A stretch of 58,819 nt of DNA, counting the filler, from Sluysia triapertura (lineage: Eukaryota), in NCBI GenBank assembly GCA_046118255.1. It is 5 parts of 5 records of this genome, joined end to end, with 100 filler letters (N's around TTAATTAATTAA, not from the genome) between each part and the next. Parts side by side here need not be neighbours in the genome. Positions count along the whole stretch, not along the records: positions 1 to 11,164 come from JBJNIA010188056.1; positions 11,265 to 22,373 come from JBJNIA010188743.1; 3 more parts are not named here. The stretch is one strand, 5' to 3'. Below are positions 1 through 12,708 of the stretch, one piece after another. A model generated the notes under the pieces. The model did not search any database. It was given only the letters and a program-made list of their open reading frames with translations, and was not told where the DNA came from. Position numbers and translations under genes: made by a program. Every line of letters begins with the position of its first letter. The first letter of the stretch is position 1.

Positions 1-519
1 TGGTTATAATTTGTCTTTAAAGAATAATTTACTTTCTTATAAAGAATAATTTGTATTGTTATTGTTATAAAGAATAAATGGTATTGTCATAATTTATATC
101 TTCTGGTTGTAGTTTTGTGATAATATAACAAATATATCGAGATTTTGAGTTTTTTAGTTATTGAGTTCTAATCTAATAATTTGGGAAAATAAAAGTGATA
201 AAAGACACAGCACATTGATTGAATATGTAAAGGCATTTCTTACTGAATTATAAAAGGATGATGATATGGAGAGAAATTTGGATAAAATTTTGAATTTAGA
301 TTTAAATATGTTTAATGTACAGAGTATGAAACCGAGTGAAGCCAACAATCCTCATCAATATAAAGCAAGAAAATCCACACATTGAAACCAGCGATAAGGA
401 GACAAATACAATTAAAAGAAAGCCTGATCGCCCCAGAAAGAACGAAGAAGATATTTTGATAGCACTGAATACTGTTCGAAAAAACGTTATAGATTTGACA
501 AAAAATAATATACGAAAAT

Positions 520-915
520 GAAGAAGAAATATTAGATTTGGATACAAAAAACATAGTTTATGCGTTTTTATCTAATACGTTACAAAATTCAGTAAATATA
601 AGAAATTATTATCCAAACTAAAGGACTATAGGAATACAATAATAAAACTTATAAAACATTTAGAAGAGAAATATAAGGACAAAGATGTTGGTGATTTTAT
701 AGAGAATGGACAGTATAAATCAATTATTAATAAGAAACTTAGTAAGGGAATAAGCAGAGAAAGATTTAAAATAATTTTAGCTTACACCGTGTTTCAATGT
801 ATTAAAGAAAGGATAACTGATAAGAATAAAATAAATAAGGTTATAGATTTTGTTAATAAGAAAACAAAATTACAGATTGAAGAACAAGGAGGATGGAAAA
901 ATATAATTAAAGGAA
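520..915 (+). pseudogene. Bcl-2-like domain remnant (one frameshift near 575-590)
   Basis: DTKNIVYAFLSNTLQ (541-585) resembles BH4 (Bcl-w DTRALVADFVGYKL). In the open frame 576-1145, LIKHLEEKYKD sits in the BH3 position, KLSKGISRERFKIILAYT aligns to BH1 (ELFRDGVNWGRIVAFFEFG) and IEEQGGWKNII aligns to BH2 (IQDNGGWDAFV). Order and spacing fit; the NWGR motif is degenerate. Confidence 0.55.
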
Positions 916-1049
916 AAGAGAATCAAAAAATTGAAGAAACGTCAAATTTACTTGCAAATTTATTCGGAAACAATGATATGTTAAATACAGCTATACCACG
1001 ATTAGGAAATTCAACAAACAATATGCTCTTCGTGATAAACAACAAAACA

Positions 1050-1985
1050 AAGTCTTTAAAAAAAGTCTTTAGTGTATATCAAGAAGGAAATTTGATAGCA
1101 GCACTGGTTAGAGAATTTATGGTAAAAAGATCAGTGGCGATATAGTATTGTTGTCACCATAGTCATTCATCGATAATAGAATTAAAACCATTTAAGATTC
1201 TGCCCAATAATTGTAGAAATGCCTTCGAAACCGGTTATATAGGATTAGTCAAAGGAGACAAACTAAGAGTGAGAAATAATGAAAAATATTATTTATAATA
1301 TTAGAACTGCCGGAAACGTACTAACAGATAGAACATGCGAACAAGGATCTATAGAATACGAAGGGAAAATATATCACAATGTTGTAGCCCAAGAAACTTT
1401 GTAGTAAGTTTAAAATCTTTAATGAGAGTTTTGATATTGAAAAATGCACAATTATGTCTAGATCATTTTGTAGAATGGACCAAACAAGCTGTAATACAGG
1501 TAAATCCACTTTAACATACGAATTAGATAAGTTCCAGTGTCCTGTAATATTCTTGAAACAAATAAAATTTAATTTAGTATCAGGATTTGTCTAACAGAAT
1601 AATGACAATCAACCAATTGAAGAAATAAAGAAAGAGGAACAAGTAAAGCATTAGATCAAGTAGAAACTCCAACCATTATAATGGCTAGTAAGGAAAAAGA
1701 TGGATTGATTTTCATATCAAAGGGAACGATAATAAAATGCGGAAAAGAAATTATCGAAACCAACTACCAAGGTATTTACCTGTCTGAAAAAATAATATTA
1801 CAAGCCAAAAAAGGAAGAGATTCAAAAAATATAAAATTAAATAGTTATTTCAATAATAAAATAGACTTCTACTACCATCTTGGGTTAATGCCTTTGGAAA
1901 AAATTATCAAATTATGATTGCTCGAGATTATCAGCTGAACAAAGAAATACTACTTACGAAACTGGCAGTGGCCATCATTAATCAC
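1050..1985 (+). pseudogene. Chuvirus-type (class III-like) envelope glycoprotein remnant with stops and frameshifts
   Basis: Ordered motifs across frames: VYQ..VREFMVKRSVAI*YCCHHSHSSII, NCRNAFETG, AGNVLTDRTCEQGSIEYEGKIYHNVVAQ, C..SFC..C..TYE..QC, KCGKEIIETNYQGIYL, NIKLNSYFNNKIDFYYH, QLNKEILLTKLAVAII. These match remembered chuvirus G / retroelement-captured G motifs (YCGMHSH, AG..dG.C..W.NVVVQ, CG...TEHP.L, dl..Y.NsKf.y). Confidence 0.7.
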
Positions 1986-1989
1986 TGAA

Positions 1990-3790
1990 AACCAACTAAC
2001 CAAAGAAGAACAAGGGAAACTTGCAAAACATTTCTCACACTTATCAGGAGTCACAGAAGACGCTACACACATCGTTGGAGTAATGAGAGCTGTATGTGAG
2101 ATAGGACAAAATAAAGTTGAAGTAAAATTAAGAGTAATGAAAAATTGTTATTCAAACAGGACTATCGATGACGATGACGTCTATGTTGACGAACCATTAT
2201 GGTTATTAGGCAGAACCGAATACATAATGCCATCAAAAACAAATAATTCATTAACTGGCCGAATTATGTTCATAGCTTCAGAGAGCAACCAAGAAAAATT
2301 GGATATAGGTATTTCTGATAACTGTGATAACTGTAATAACTGTGAAGGAAAGATAACTGTCGAATTATAAATTATACGAAAGATAATAAATGGTTATTTA
2401 CGGGAACTAAATTAAGGAGGATTGTTAATTACAAAGTACCAACACATATTAACGTAGTAACAAATGCGAAAAATAACACAATAAAGTTACAACGCAATAC
2501 ACAAGAGAAAGATTATGGAAAAATTAAATTAACAACAAAAAGAACAACTATACGAAGTTATATATAGTTATCCTAGAGTAATCTCAAAAACAAATATGAT
2601 ATTGGGGATTCCGTAATTATAAAACACGAAATACCACTAACAGAAGATAGCCATTACGGATGGAATATTAAGATTTAAAAACAATAATGATGAGTGGAAA
2701 ACCATCATTCCAGAATTATTAATTATACCAATATTAATACAGTTCCATGATGGTCAATTATGAGGCCATCTGTCAACAAGGAAAACCTTATCGAGAATTA
2801 AAAGTAAATATTATTGGGAAAACATGGAATCGGATATCAGAAAAAGGGTGAAAGGATTGTTCAATATGTTGTCGACGTAAAAATACTGTCATTGAAACCT
2901 ATGCCAGTACCATTATCCCCAATGGAATTTACCGCTATGAATATTATGGGTCCTCTTCCAGTGACTATCAATGGTAATAAGTATATAATTGTATTCGTGG
3001 ATTATCTGACAAAATGGTCCGAGACTTACCCGATGCCGAATCAAAAAGCCGAAACAGTGGCACAAATATTGGTGGAAAAAATCATTTATAGTTACGGTAA
3101 GGCCTCGCAAATTATTAACAGACCAAGGAACTAACTTTATCAGCGACGTAATCAAATTAGTAGCTAAATTTTTAATATTCTTCGGATTTACACATCACCT
3201 TATCATTCACAAACTGATGGTGTGGTGGAACGCTTTAACAGAACTCTTATTAATATGATTCAATCTTACGTGAATGTTAGACAAACTGACTGGGACTTAT
3301 ATATAGCACCATGTCTTTTTGCATATAGAAGTTATGTACACCCAGCAACTAATTTCACTTCGTTTTATCTAATATACATTTGACGTTCTAACATGCCAGT
3401 AGATTTAGAATTGGTACCACCTACTTCACAGTACTTAGAAATTCCGGAATACGTTACAATAATGAGAGAACAATTACCAGACGCATGGAAATGGGCAGAT
3501 CTTCAAATTAAATATTTTCAAGAAATATATAAAGACACATACGATAAGACAGCCAAAGAACATACTTTTAAAATAGGTGATGAAGTATTGATAGATTATC
3601 CAATAACTAAACCAGGCCAATCACCTAAATTACATAAACCTTTTAAAGGGCCTTATTTAATAACAAAAGTTACTGATACAAATGTGTTCGTTAAAGATCC
3701 TAGTAAAATTAATTCTGAAACTTTTGTAGAACGCGTCAATAGGTGTAAAATTGCACCACAAGAATAATATAACTTAAGAAGTAGAAAAGT
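1990..3790 (+). mobile_element. Ty3/Gypsy pol remnant: partial protease, RT/RNase H deleted, integrase
   Basis: Protease-like LSGVT..IVG..V. Pre-RT motif DIG..IKHEIPLT jumps directly to the integrase zinc finger (FHDGQL*GHLSTRKT..YYW). Integrase core: MGPLPVTINGNKYIIVFVDYLTKW..TDQGTNF..SPYHSQTDGVVERFNRTL. C-terminal FKIGDEVL..KLHKPFKGPY (ORF 3393-3767), then YNLRSRK. Confidence 0.93.
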
Positions 3791-4477
3791 ACAAAAGTCA
3801 AAATTGAGAGTTCAACCAAGACACAAAGACCGAGATAAACCACCTTCAATTCATGCACTATGACATAAACAAGTAATATTCATGATACATTCCCATGGAA
3901 ATGACCTATCTCGTATAATGCAAAATGTACAGTTCAATGGGCGGTACTATTTCAGTAGTTCATAAAAATTTTCTAACTCCTTGGGAGTCAGTGTTTATAA
4001 ACAGACCCCAAGTAATAACATATAGTGTTAATCAAACACAATAAATATCAACGGAACATTACTATGCTACGTAGAAGTAGTAGGACAACACTTACAAGAT
4101 CTAGTAAATGTTTGGGATAGCAGCCCATACGAATTGACATTAGTATGGATGTTATTAATAAATTGGAAGAATGATGATCCACAGCAAATATGGTTTCATA
4201 AAAATACCACCAGGGTCAAATATGATTATACCGCAATTAATAATTCCACAATTCGGTGATGAATTAACCTTATATCAAATACCAATTTCAAATCCGCCAC
4301 TACCGGATATCGTCGATTATACACTTCATTTATCAGATGTATCATGGGGATCACCATCAACAGTCACATCAGAAGAGATTTCGGATTCATCAAGAATTGG
4401 CTCTGAAGTTCTAGATACAGTAATGATAATGACAAATGTAAGAAAAAGATACTGCTTCAGTTAGAGAATATTTTAAG

Positions 4478-5402
4478 AAATTAACTTATTGGGTTTACAT
4501 ATTATTTATAATTTTCCTATCACTAATAACCAACACCATGGCAACAGAAACGGATGAAGAGTACAAAAACATGAATATTGCGATAAATTATGGTGGATAA
4601 ATAATGATTACCGATATTTAACATCAATACTGGAAGTTCGAAATCATTTCTAAGAAAATGATCTTACGACATAAATTTGAAATCTGCTGTATCTATATGA
4701 AAACCACATCATATAAACGGTATTCCACATTGTTTACACTATGGTTATAGACCTGTGTTAATAACTTTCCTTGGATACCCAAAGAAACACACGATATATT
4801 TGGAAATTTAAAGCATTTGGAAAATAGAGAAACAACGGAAGCACCAACAACTTTATCCACTTATAATACAACTAAGAATCAGATAGACAATCCAAACAAC
4901 TCGACTAAACAATCTTATAAATTCTTTATACTAATAATAAAAATCTTATTATACCAATGTTAATTACAATAATTACGGTAGTTCAATGTCATGAGCGTTC
5001 TTTTAAAACCGAACATTTCGAACATTGAAGTAAAGATTAGAATATTGAACCAAAACATTCATGCTAAATTTGCTTGTTTAAAACCTGCCAGACTTAATTT
5101 TAGTTCATGGATAATATATGAAAATTATATTAACGGTGATTTGAAATACCCAGTCACGGTATGTTCAGACATACTACCTATCGAGGATAGACTTATTATT
5201 GTGAAAATTCGTCATTCATTAAAATATTTGCATTTTGAACTTAAAGGAACAAGAAAATACTTAACGATATTGGTTAATATTGCGGAACGATCCGGAATTG
5301 GTAATATTAATAGTAGCAGCAATACTATTTGTAATTGCTCTTGCTATAGTGATATTAATGATTATTATGTTTATATCGAACAAATGTCGATACCCATGTT
5401 GA
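4478..5402 (+). pseudogene. Degenerate type-I membrane protein ORF downstream of integrase (env-like candidate 1)
   Basis: Signal-peptide-like YWVYILFIIFLSLITNTMA at about 4487-4543, a Thr-rich linker, ORF 4991-5479, and a strong TM helix in an alternate frame, ELVILIVAAILFVIALAIVILMIIMFI (5295-5375). Confidence 0.4.
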
Positions 5403-5605
5403 CGCGCATACAGTTCCACATCGAAACACTTACGCTACAAATAATCAAATACTACTTATATACGGAGACTGGCAAATGACTCAAGAAAAATCTACAATCT
5501 TGATATGTATTAATCTATCTTGTATATCAAGTACGTATATCAGTAAACACCATACCTAGAATAATTTTAGTATCTACTCAAAAAGATGTTTATACTAGAA
5601 TATTC

Positions 5606-6424
5606 ATGGATAAAATTAAGTTATTTTCTGTTCAAATAAAATGTTGTATAATGGATTGGCGTGAAACTGAAACAAAGGCAAGTAAACAGGATTTCTACTG
5701 GTTTATAGCCTACATCGATCTTGCTGAATACCAACTAATTAGTGTAACAATAACTATGGAACTGGAGTATGATTCTCGGAGTGACTCAAAAACTATTTTA
5801 ATACGATACTGTAAAATAAGAACTAAGTCATTTATTTTTCAACAATCGCCGACACACAAGGCTAAGACTAAATCAAATGTCTCTAAGAAGTCATCAACAC
5901 TAATTGAATTTCGAATGATCATTTACCGTTATACTGGAAACGTCGTACGCATCCATAACCTACTACACGATAATACATTATTGATTGCCTATGAACTAAT
6001 TGATGGCGTACGTTGTGGACTGATATTGCCAAATGATACTATTCGTTTATATCACCTTCCTGGTAATAAACTAATAAAAGCGGAGATACAAAACATAAAA
6101 GGATTTTGGCCGACAATCAGGTATCATTATGTGCAAATACCTGTTATAGATAAATGCGAAAAGGACTTGATTATAGAACTAGCAAAAAGGCTTAAGATTT
6201 ATAATAATTCGGCAGTTACATCTCGTGTCATGAGCACAAATGCAAGTCTAAAAATTACGAATACTAATAAAAGTTTAAGTAAAATCAATAAGGAATACCC
6301 ATCACTGACTTAATCCAACAATAATTTCATTATAATTGGTAATTATATTTTACTAATAGTTTTACTAGTGACAATAACTATAAATTTTATCATCCTAAAG
6401 TTTTATCTATTTATAATCTATTAA
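5606..6424 (+). pseudogene. Second membrane-anchored ORF of the retroelement 3' region (env-like candidate 2)
   Basis: 235-aa ORF followed, after a frameshift, by IGNYILLIVLLVTITINFIILKFYLFIIY* (about 6335-6424). Same strand as pol. Family not recognised. Confidence 0.4.
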
Positions 6425-6697
6425 AATATAGATTAGGTGTATTGCATAATTGACCATATGTAATAGCTTTACCATTCAGTTTGGGTCATATATGATATTA
6501 AAATTACAAGGATTGTGCAACTGACTGTATGCGATGGTTCGCCAACTTAAAATTTGTATCTACTATTAAATTTAGGATTTTTAAGTTTTAGGTTTTTTAA
6601 TTTAAATTGTTAATATTAATAATTTATAATTAATTATTTCATTCATTTTAATTGAAACTATCTTTTGGAAAATTCATTTTTGATATAAAAAAATTAA

Positions 6698-7175
6698 TCA
6701 AAGAACAAAATCATCTGAATTAGAAAAAAGACAATGAGCAGCATATTCTACAGCAGAAAAATTAGCTTTTTCATTGTTTCTAGCAAGCTCAGATAACCAA
6801 TCAGATTCTGATTTCTGTTTTAACGTAACAATTTTATTAGCTTGTGTAGTTGTTTGAGAATGTTTTGATCGATATAACTTAACAATTTTACGATATTTGG
6901 CAACAACTGGATGAATCCAAGATGATTCGTTGGTAATAAAATTATAAAAGAATGGTTCTGAATCTTCATTCTATAATATTAATAAATACACTTAAGTTAC
7001 AAACCTGAATTATAATTATATAATTTGGAATTTCTTTAACGATGGCTTCTTTAGCTAAAAACATAAGATACTGCTCTGTAGCAGTATTAATTCCCAAATA
7101 TGCCGCAAATTTAAATAAATCGCATTCAGAATACTGATCATCAACAATTTCAGTATAAATAATTGAATTATTCAT
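6698..7175 (-). CDS. Small CEP164 N-terminal-like / WW-domain protein, 2 exons (7175-7005, 6970-6698), 147 aa
   Basis: FAAYLGIN..EQYLMFLAKEAIVKEIP..PFFYNFITNESSWIHP..KYR matches the CEP164 N-terminus (YARYIGIDP..LLWLAREG..P..YYFNF..S.WDHP..YR). A phase-0 GT-AG intron of 34 nt (7004-6971) joins the frames. Confidence 0.75.
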
Positions 7176-10100
7176 ATAAATACTTAATATTATAATAAAT
7201 ATTAATAAACTTCTAAATTAAAATTTAAATTCATGTTGTAGAAATTATAATAAGATTTATACGAATTGAATAAACAAAAATAGACTAAATTTGTAATGTA
7301 CATTGTAAATTGTAAATTTCATTTATTATTTATATATTTGTGAACAAAAATAAAAATACGTTTTGACATTTTATTAATTCAATATTTTGTAAATTGATAG
7401 AAAAAGTATTTCCCTACATGGTAATATTTTTGCCATATCTCTGATGAAGTAAAACCGAACTGTCCAACTAAAAATCGGAGAATATGACTTTTAACTTTGT
7501 CAAACAAAATAATTTAACTATCAATAATTTTACAATAAAATATATTTTACTTAAAAACTTACTGCATTTCGAACAAACTAATAATTATTAGAAAAACCGA
7601 ACTTTCCATGAAATATTTACATTTTCCAACCAATTACATGTTAGATATACTTTATATTTAATGCTAATAAAATTTATGTAAAACGTATTGCAAAAGGTTT
7701 CAAATATGATTTTATGCTTTTTGGGTTGGGTCTTTTAAACTGTCAATCGTAGAAGTAGTAAGGGAAGTATAAGATTTAGGCAAATGCACAAAGACGTATC
7801 TCATAAAATGTGGGTATCGCTGAGATATACATGTGGGCCATCAGACCTTGATTAAATCATCCACTTATTTACTCAACCTAAATCAAAATGCAACCATTAA
7901 GTTGTGAACGGATAATCTGCTAATTCGCTTAAACCATGGACATGGCCTTATTAACACTCGAACAAATTTTGACAATTGTTATTTTGGCTTTTCGAATATC
8001 TGCGATCGACATGCTATGCACTATCGCAGATTAGATATTTAAATACCGGCTTATAACTTCAGAAAGATAATAGAGAAAATAAAAGAATATTTCAGCCGCG
8101 ATTAAGCATTTTGGACCTCAATCACCGCGTTTTATTGGCACTACACTGTAGTAAACATTGATGTGAAAGAATAACGAAAATTATAATAAAACATTTTTTA
8201 GGAAGAATGATGAAAATGAAAATATTCAGAATTTTTAAATAATATTTTAGGCATTAAAAGTACCTTGGAGTTAACAAAAGCCTTATTATCATTAATTCTG
8301 TGATAAAATTAATCGAGTCCGAATCTCAATATATTTTAAAATTTATCATAAAGTAAATACAAAATAATACAGACAATTTTTAGTTCAGTAATAATATAAA
8401 TCAGTCTCTTAATAACAGTCAATAATAATTCGTAAACATAGATGTTAGTGTTGCATCTTCAGTTAAGTTAAATCTAAAATCCTTACTCTATTAATTTTCC
8501 AATATTGATTCCCAAATAAACTTATTATGTTTATTTAAAATTAGTAACAATAACTCGATAATTAAATTGGTTCTAAATTTCGATATATGTTCAGTAATTG
8601 AAAAATAGGTACAATTTATTGATTATTCTCTAACTTCTAGTGTTCACAGAATAAATATAATTCTAATTATTAGTTAAAATGTTTACGAATTCAATTAACA
8701 GGTACAATTATGCCTTAAATCAATTATAAAAATAATTCAATATTAATTTTATTCACTTAAATAAAATCTCAAATGAACTCAATATTCAATATACACATAA
8801 CACACATTTTTTATTTTAATAATGATATATTCAACCCAAAAATTATTTATTATTTTCAAATCAAAAATAACAATTCAATACTATGATAACTACAAAAATC
8901 AAATACAAGAATATGAGTAAAATAACTATAATCAAAAAATCAACAATAGTTCTGTTTATTAACGATATTAAGCATACAATAATATGTCCAAAGAAAAACC
9001 AGAAGTGACGCAACAACATCAATATCTAAAAAGTTGATGATAATAATAATTATTAAATAATTTCGAATAACCTTGTTATACCTTCATAGCAAAAAAGGAT
9101 TTACAAAAAAATGATCCGGAGCCTCCCGAAAATAAAATTATTTAATCACTTAATAAAAATCAAAATTGAAATTAAATTAAATTTGTAACTCAAAATACTT
9201 CAAAAGAATTCGGGCAGGAAGCTTCCCAAAAACTCAAGTTTGACTGACAATAACTTAAAATAAACTGAATATTTCCCCCAAAGTTATTTTCTTAATAAAA
9301 TTTTACTAATGATTAAAATAATAAAATAAATAGTCATGGGTTTTCTTTTTTCTCATTACATTATGCTATGATCGATTGTGTTGTTAATTGTTTAAGTATT
9401 CGCTTTTATATCTCTGTATCGTCCAATCATTCTCCAACTCACAATCAGGAATTTCTCTTACACAAATCATCTAAAACTCTTTTAAAACGACTTTGACATT
9501 TACATGTCAAGCAAAACATAACAATTCGATTAACAATCAACTCTCATTTTTTTCTTCTACTTTGCTCGATCTGTTTTTTCATGAATCACTTCTTACATTA
9601 AAATGACAAATATTATTATTGAAATATTTTAAAATAATGAATTTAACTTCAGTTTTTGCAATTTAATTAATTTTCAATTCCTCACACTCAATTTTTTAAT
9701 GGAAAATGTTTAAGGTTATCATTCCCAAACAAATCATTTCACAAACATTTCAACTTCATTTTCGGATTCTCCTTTTTCATAGGAACCACTCCATACCTAA
9801 TTCATCATTTTTCCATAATTCTAAATATGAAAATGCATCATATTTTAATTAAAAATTAATAAAAATTCGACTTTGTTCAATATGGAAGCTATCTTCGCAT
9901 GAACTTTGTCAAACCTTAACGTCATCGGAAGGTCTCTTTAAAACACATGCATACACAATTACAGTTTTAACATAGCATTTCTCACTCAAAAGTTTTTTTT
10001 AATTAAGTTAATTAAGATTTTAATTAATTTAACTTATTTTATTCCACGTTTAAAGTTTTAGTATGGTTATAAAATTGTTAAATAAATACTCAGGAGGTTC

Positions 10101-11164
10101 TAGATGTTTTCACCTTCACCACTCTGATTCCTTTTTCTACTTTTTTATTTCAGTTATTAATGTATTAAATTTATATTTAATATTATTAAGCAAGATTGTA
10201 ATTCTTGAATATTTCAAAGGTTCCAAACATTTTACAAGGTTACTCGAAAGTATCATGAGTTTATTAAGGTCTCAAACCTCTTGAAATATTCCAAAAGATC
10301 ACAAGGTAACAAATGATCGCAAGGTTTAGAAGATCAAAGACATCTTCATACCTCAAGACATCTTTCCAAACCTTACTTAAGTCTTCACAAGGGTCTCAAT
10401 ACAAAGGTCTTTTGAACTTCAAGGTGTTGTTCGGTTTCAAAATGATTATAAACATTTTATTGTTCTGTTGGGATTAATGAAAGGTGTAAAGAAGTACATA
10501 ATTCTATATTTTGTATTTTATATTTTTAAAGTTTTGTATTTATGTAATTTTTAAAAAATATTATAAAAATCATTAAAATTTATATATTTTAAAAAATTAT
10601 TAATTTAATTATAGTAAAATTATTATTATTATTATAATTTCAAAAAAAATCTAAAAAGAAACTTCTAGAAAGAAGTTTATTTAAATGTATTAAATTTTAA
10701 AATATGTCTTTATGATTATATAAAGACAGTGACAAATAAAGAAAACTCCATTGGTAAAATTTTGGAAGCCATAATTAAAAAGTCAATTTCATTTTTCAAG
10801 TCGCCATATTTGTGAAACAATGAAGCTATTTCGCCATTTGGTATACAACAACAAAATCGCATTGGTGCAAATTGATTATAGTGGTATTGGATTGCTCTTC
10901 GTCAGAAATTCTGTCAAATTTCAATTTTTAAATCAAGAAGATTAAATTGTGTCCCGCGTCTACGATTAGAGGGAACGATTTTCAACAACACAATTAATTT
11001 CAAGCAGAAGAAATATTTATCCAGCTTCCATATTTGTTAATTAATCGTAAGTTTAATTTACATAGGTTTTTAACTTTCTGAAGAGTGATAAATTACACTT
11101 AAAATATCCTTTTTCACGGTTGGTCATTAAGGCCAATCACAAAATCTATTTTAAAATATAAAAT

Positions 11165-11264
11165 NNNNNNNNNNNNNNNNNNNNNNNNNNNNNNNNNNNN
11201 NNNNNNNNTTAATTAATTAANNNNNNNNNNNNNNNNNNNNNNNNNNNNNNNNNNNNNNNNNNNN
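11165..11264. other. Assembly gap, N44-TTAATTAATTAA-N44 (same design at 22374-22473, 34371-34470, 45293-45392; plain gaps at 28418-28550 and 45040-45170)
   Basis: Identical 100-bp layout four times; the linker gives stops in all six frames. Confidence 0.95.
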
Positions 11265-11804
11265 ACCTTAAGCGCTTTTGAGTACTTTCGCGGTAGATAT
11301 GAGCGCAATATAAATTAATATATTATTATTATTATTATTATATTAATGCAGGCCAGGTCTTGAAAATAATTAAAATAATTTTTTCGTTAAAAATTAATAT
11401 TTACCTAAAATAATTAAATTTTAAAAATTAACTTACTAAAAATAATTCTTTTATTGCTAAAAATAATTTTCTTTATTAATTTGAAATTACTTTTTAAAAA
11501 TAAATAATTTATTTTATTTAAACAAATTTATTTTAATTTTATTTGTATATTTCTTATTTAATTTTAATTTATAATTTAATTAATTATAATAATAATAATA
11601 TTTATAAAATAACATAAACAAATATAAAAAGACATAAATATAAAAACATAGATCAAAAACATTTACATCTTTACAATTTATTATAATCCCATTTAAAATT
11701 TTTATGTTTGTATTTACCAGTTGTATCTTTTATATTTTATTAAAAAATTAATTTAATAAGCATTTATTTTAATATTTGTTTTAAAATCTGTTTATAGAAG
11801 AAAA

Positions 11805-11910
11805 GGTTCAGTTTAAGAACCAAATTAAAATATCCACATTATTACTAAAGGTTCGGTTTAAGAACCTCATTAAAATCATCTTTTGGTTCAAAGTAAGAAC
11901 CATATTAAAA
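11805..11910. repeat. Three direct copies of a short palindrome GGTTC-N7-GAACC
   Basis: ggttcagtttaagaacc (11805), ggttcggtttaagaacc (11850), ggttcaaagtaagaacc (11885), each followed within 2 nt by attaaaat. Confidence 0.8.
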
Positions 11911-12277
11911 TATTATTACAGCTAATTTTTAAAATAAATTTTCATTTAGAATATATTAAGACGCGAGAGATTTTTAAGTATTACACCTCCAGTTACTTTA
12001 ACTAACTTTATACACAAAATCCAACGGCTGGCCCTAACCGGTAAGTCCAGTACGTTGGTGAACTCACTTTAACTTTACTTTATTCTGACACACTTCACAC
12101 TTTTCTTACAATCTAAACAGTGCATTCACGATTGATGTTATACATTTGGAGTCGTTAAATGTAACGGAACATAAACAGGAATGACATGGATTAGTTATTA
12201 GGAATGAGAGGAATTAAAGTCGTTGTCAAAAAATGTCTTTAAAATGTTATTTAAATTCAAAACCCTACAATAAGTTA

Positions 12278-12708
12278 CTAACCGCTTTCATCACTTTCAA
12301 ATATATGAAATAATTTTAATGATTTATCTTCACTGTCAGGTAAAACATTGTTACCATTTATTTCTGATGTAAATGGAATAAATTTCATATTTTCAATATT
12401 AGTTTGTGTTGTCAATACATTTCGATAATCTGGATTTTGCGTAAAACTCGAAAATCGGCAAGGCACTTTTTTCGTTATTGTATTCATTGGTTGAAATGAC
12501 TTTTCGCTACTTGGTTCTTCAATAATTGAGAAGTTTGTAAACCTATCTGCTAAAATTCCATCATTTTGTTCTGATTGATTTTTATATGTTTTAATATTAG
12601 GCTTAGGACTAGATGTCATAAAACTAGTTTTTTTAGGACTGTTACTAAATGATTGCCATACTACATCGGATTTGAACTGTGTTTGTACAGCTTTATCAAG
12701 CGGTTCTA
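12278..12708 (-). CDS. Probable terminal exon, low-complexity Ser/Thr/Asn-rich unknown protein
   Basis: Frame stays open upstream of the 113-aa ORF to a ttttaatttag acceptor near 12709; composition is coding-like. Confidence 0.35.

Noticed and set aside
11209-11220. TTAATTAATTAA palindrome recurring inside N-runs
   Set aside because: Scaffolding linker in identical 100-bp gaps, not biological. Adjacency across these gaps is uncertain.
11805-11910. CRISPR-like spaced palindromic repeats
   Set aside because: Only three 17-bp units, unequal short spacers, no cas genes, eukaryotic context.
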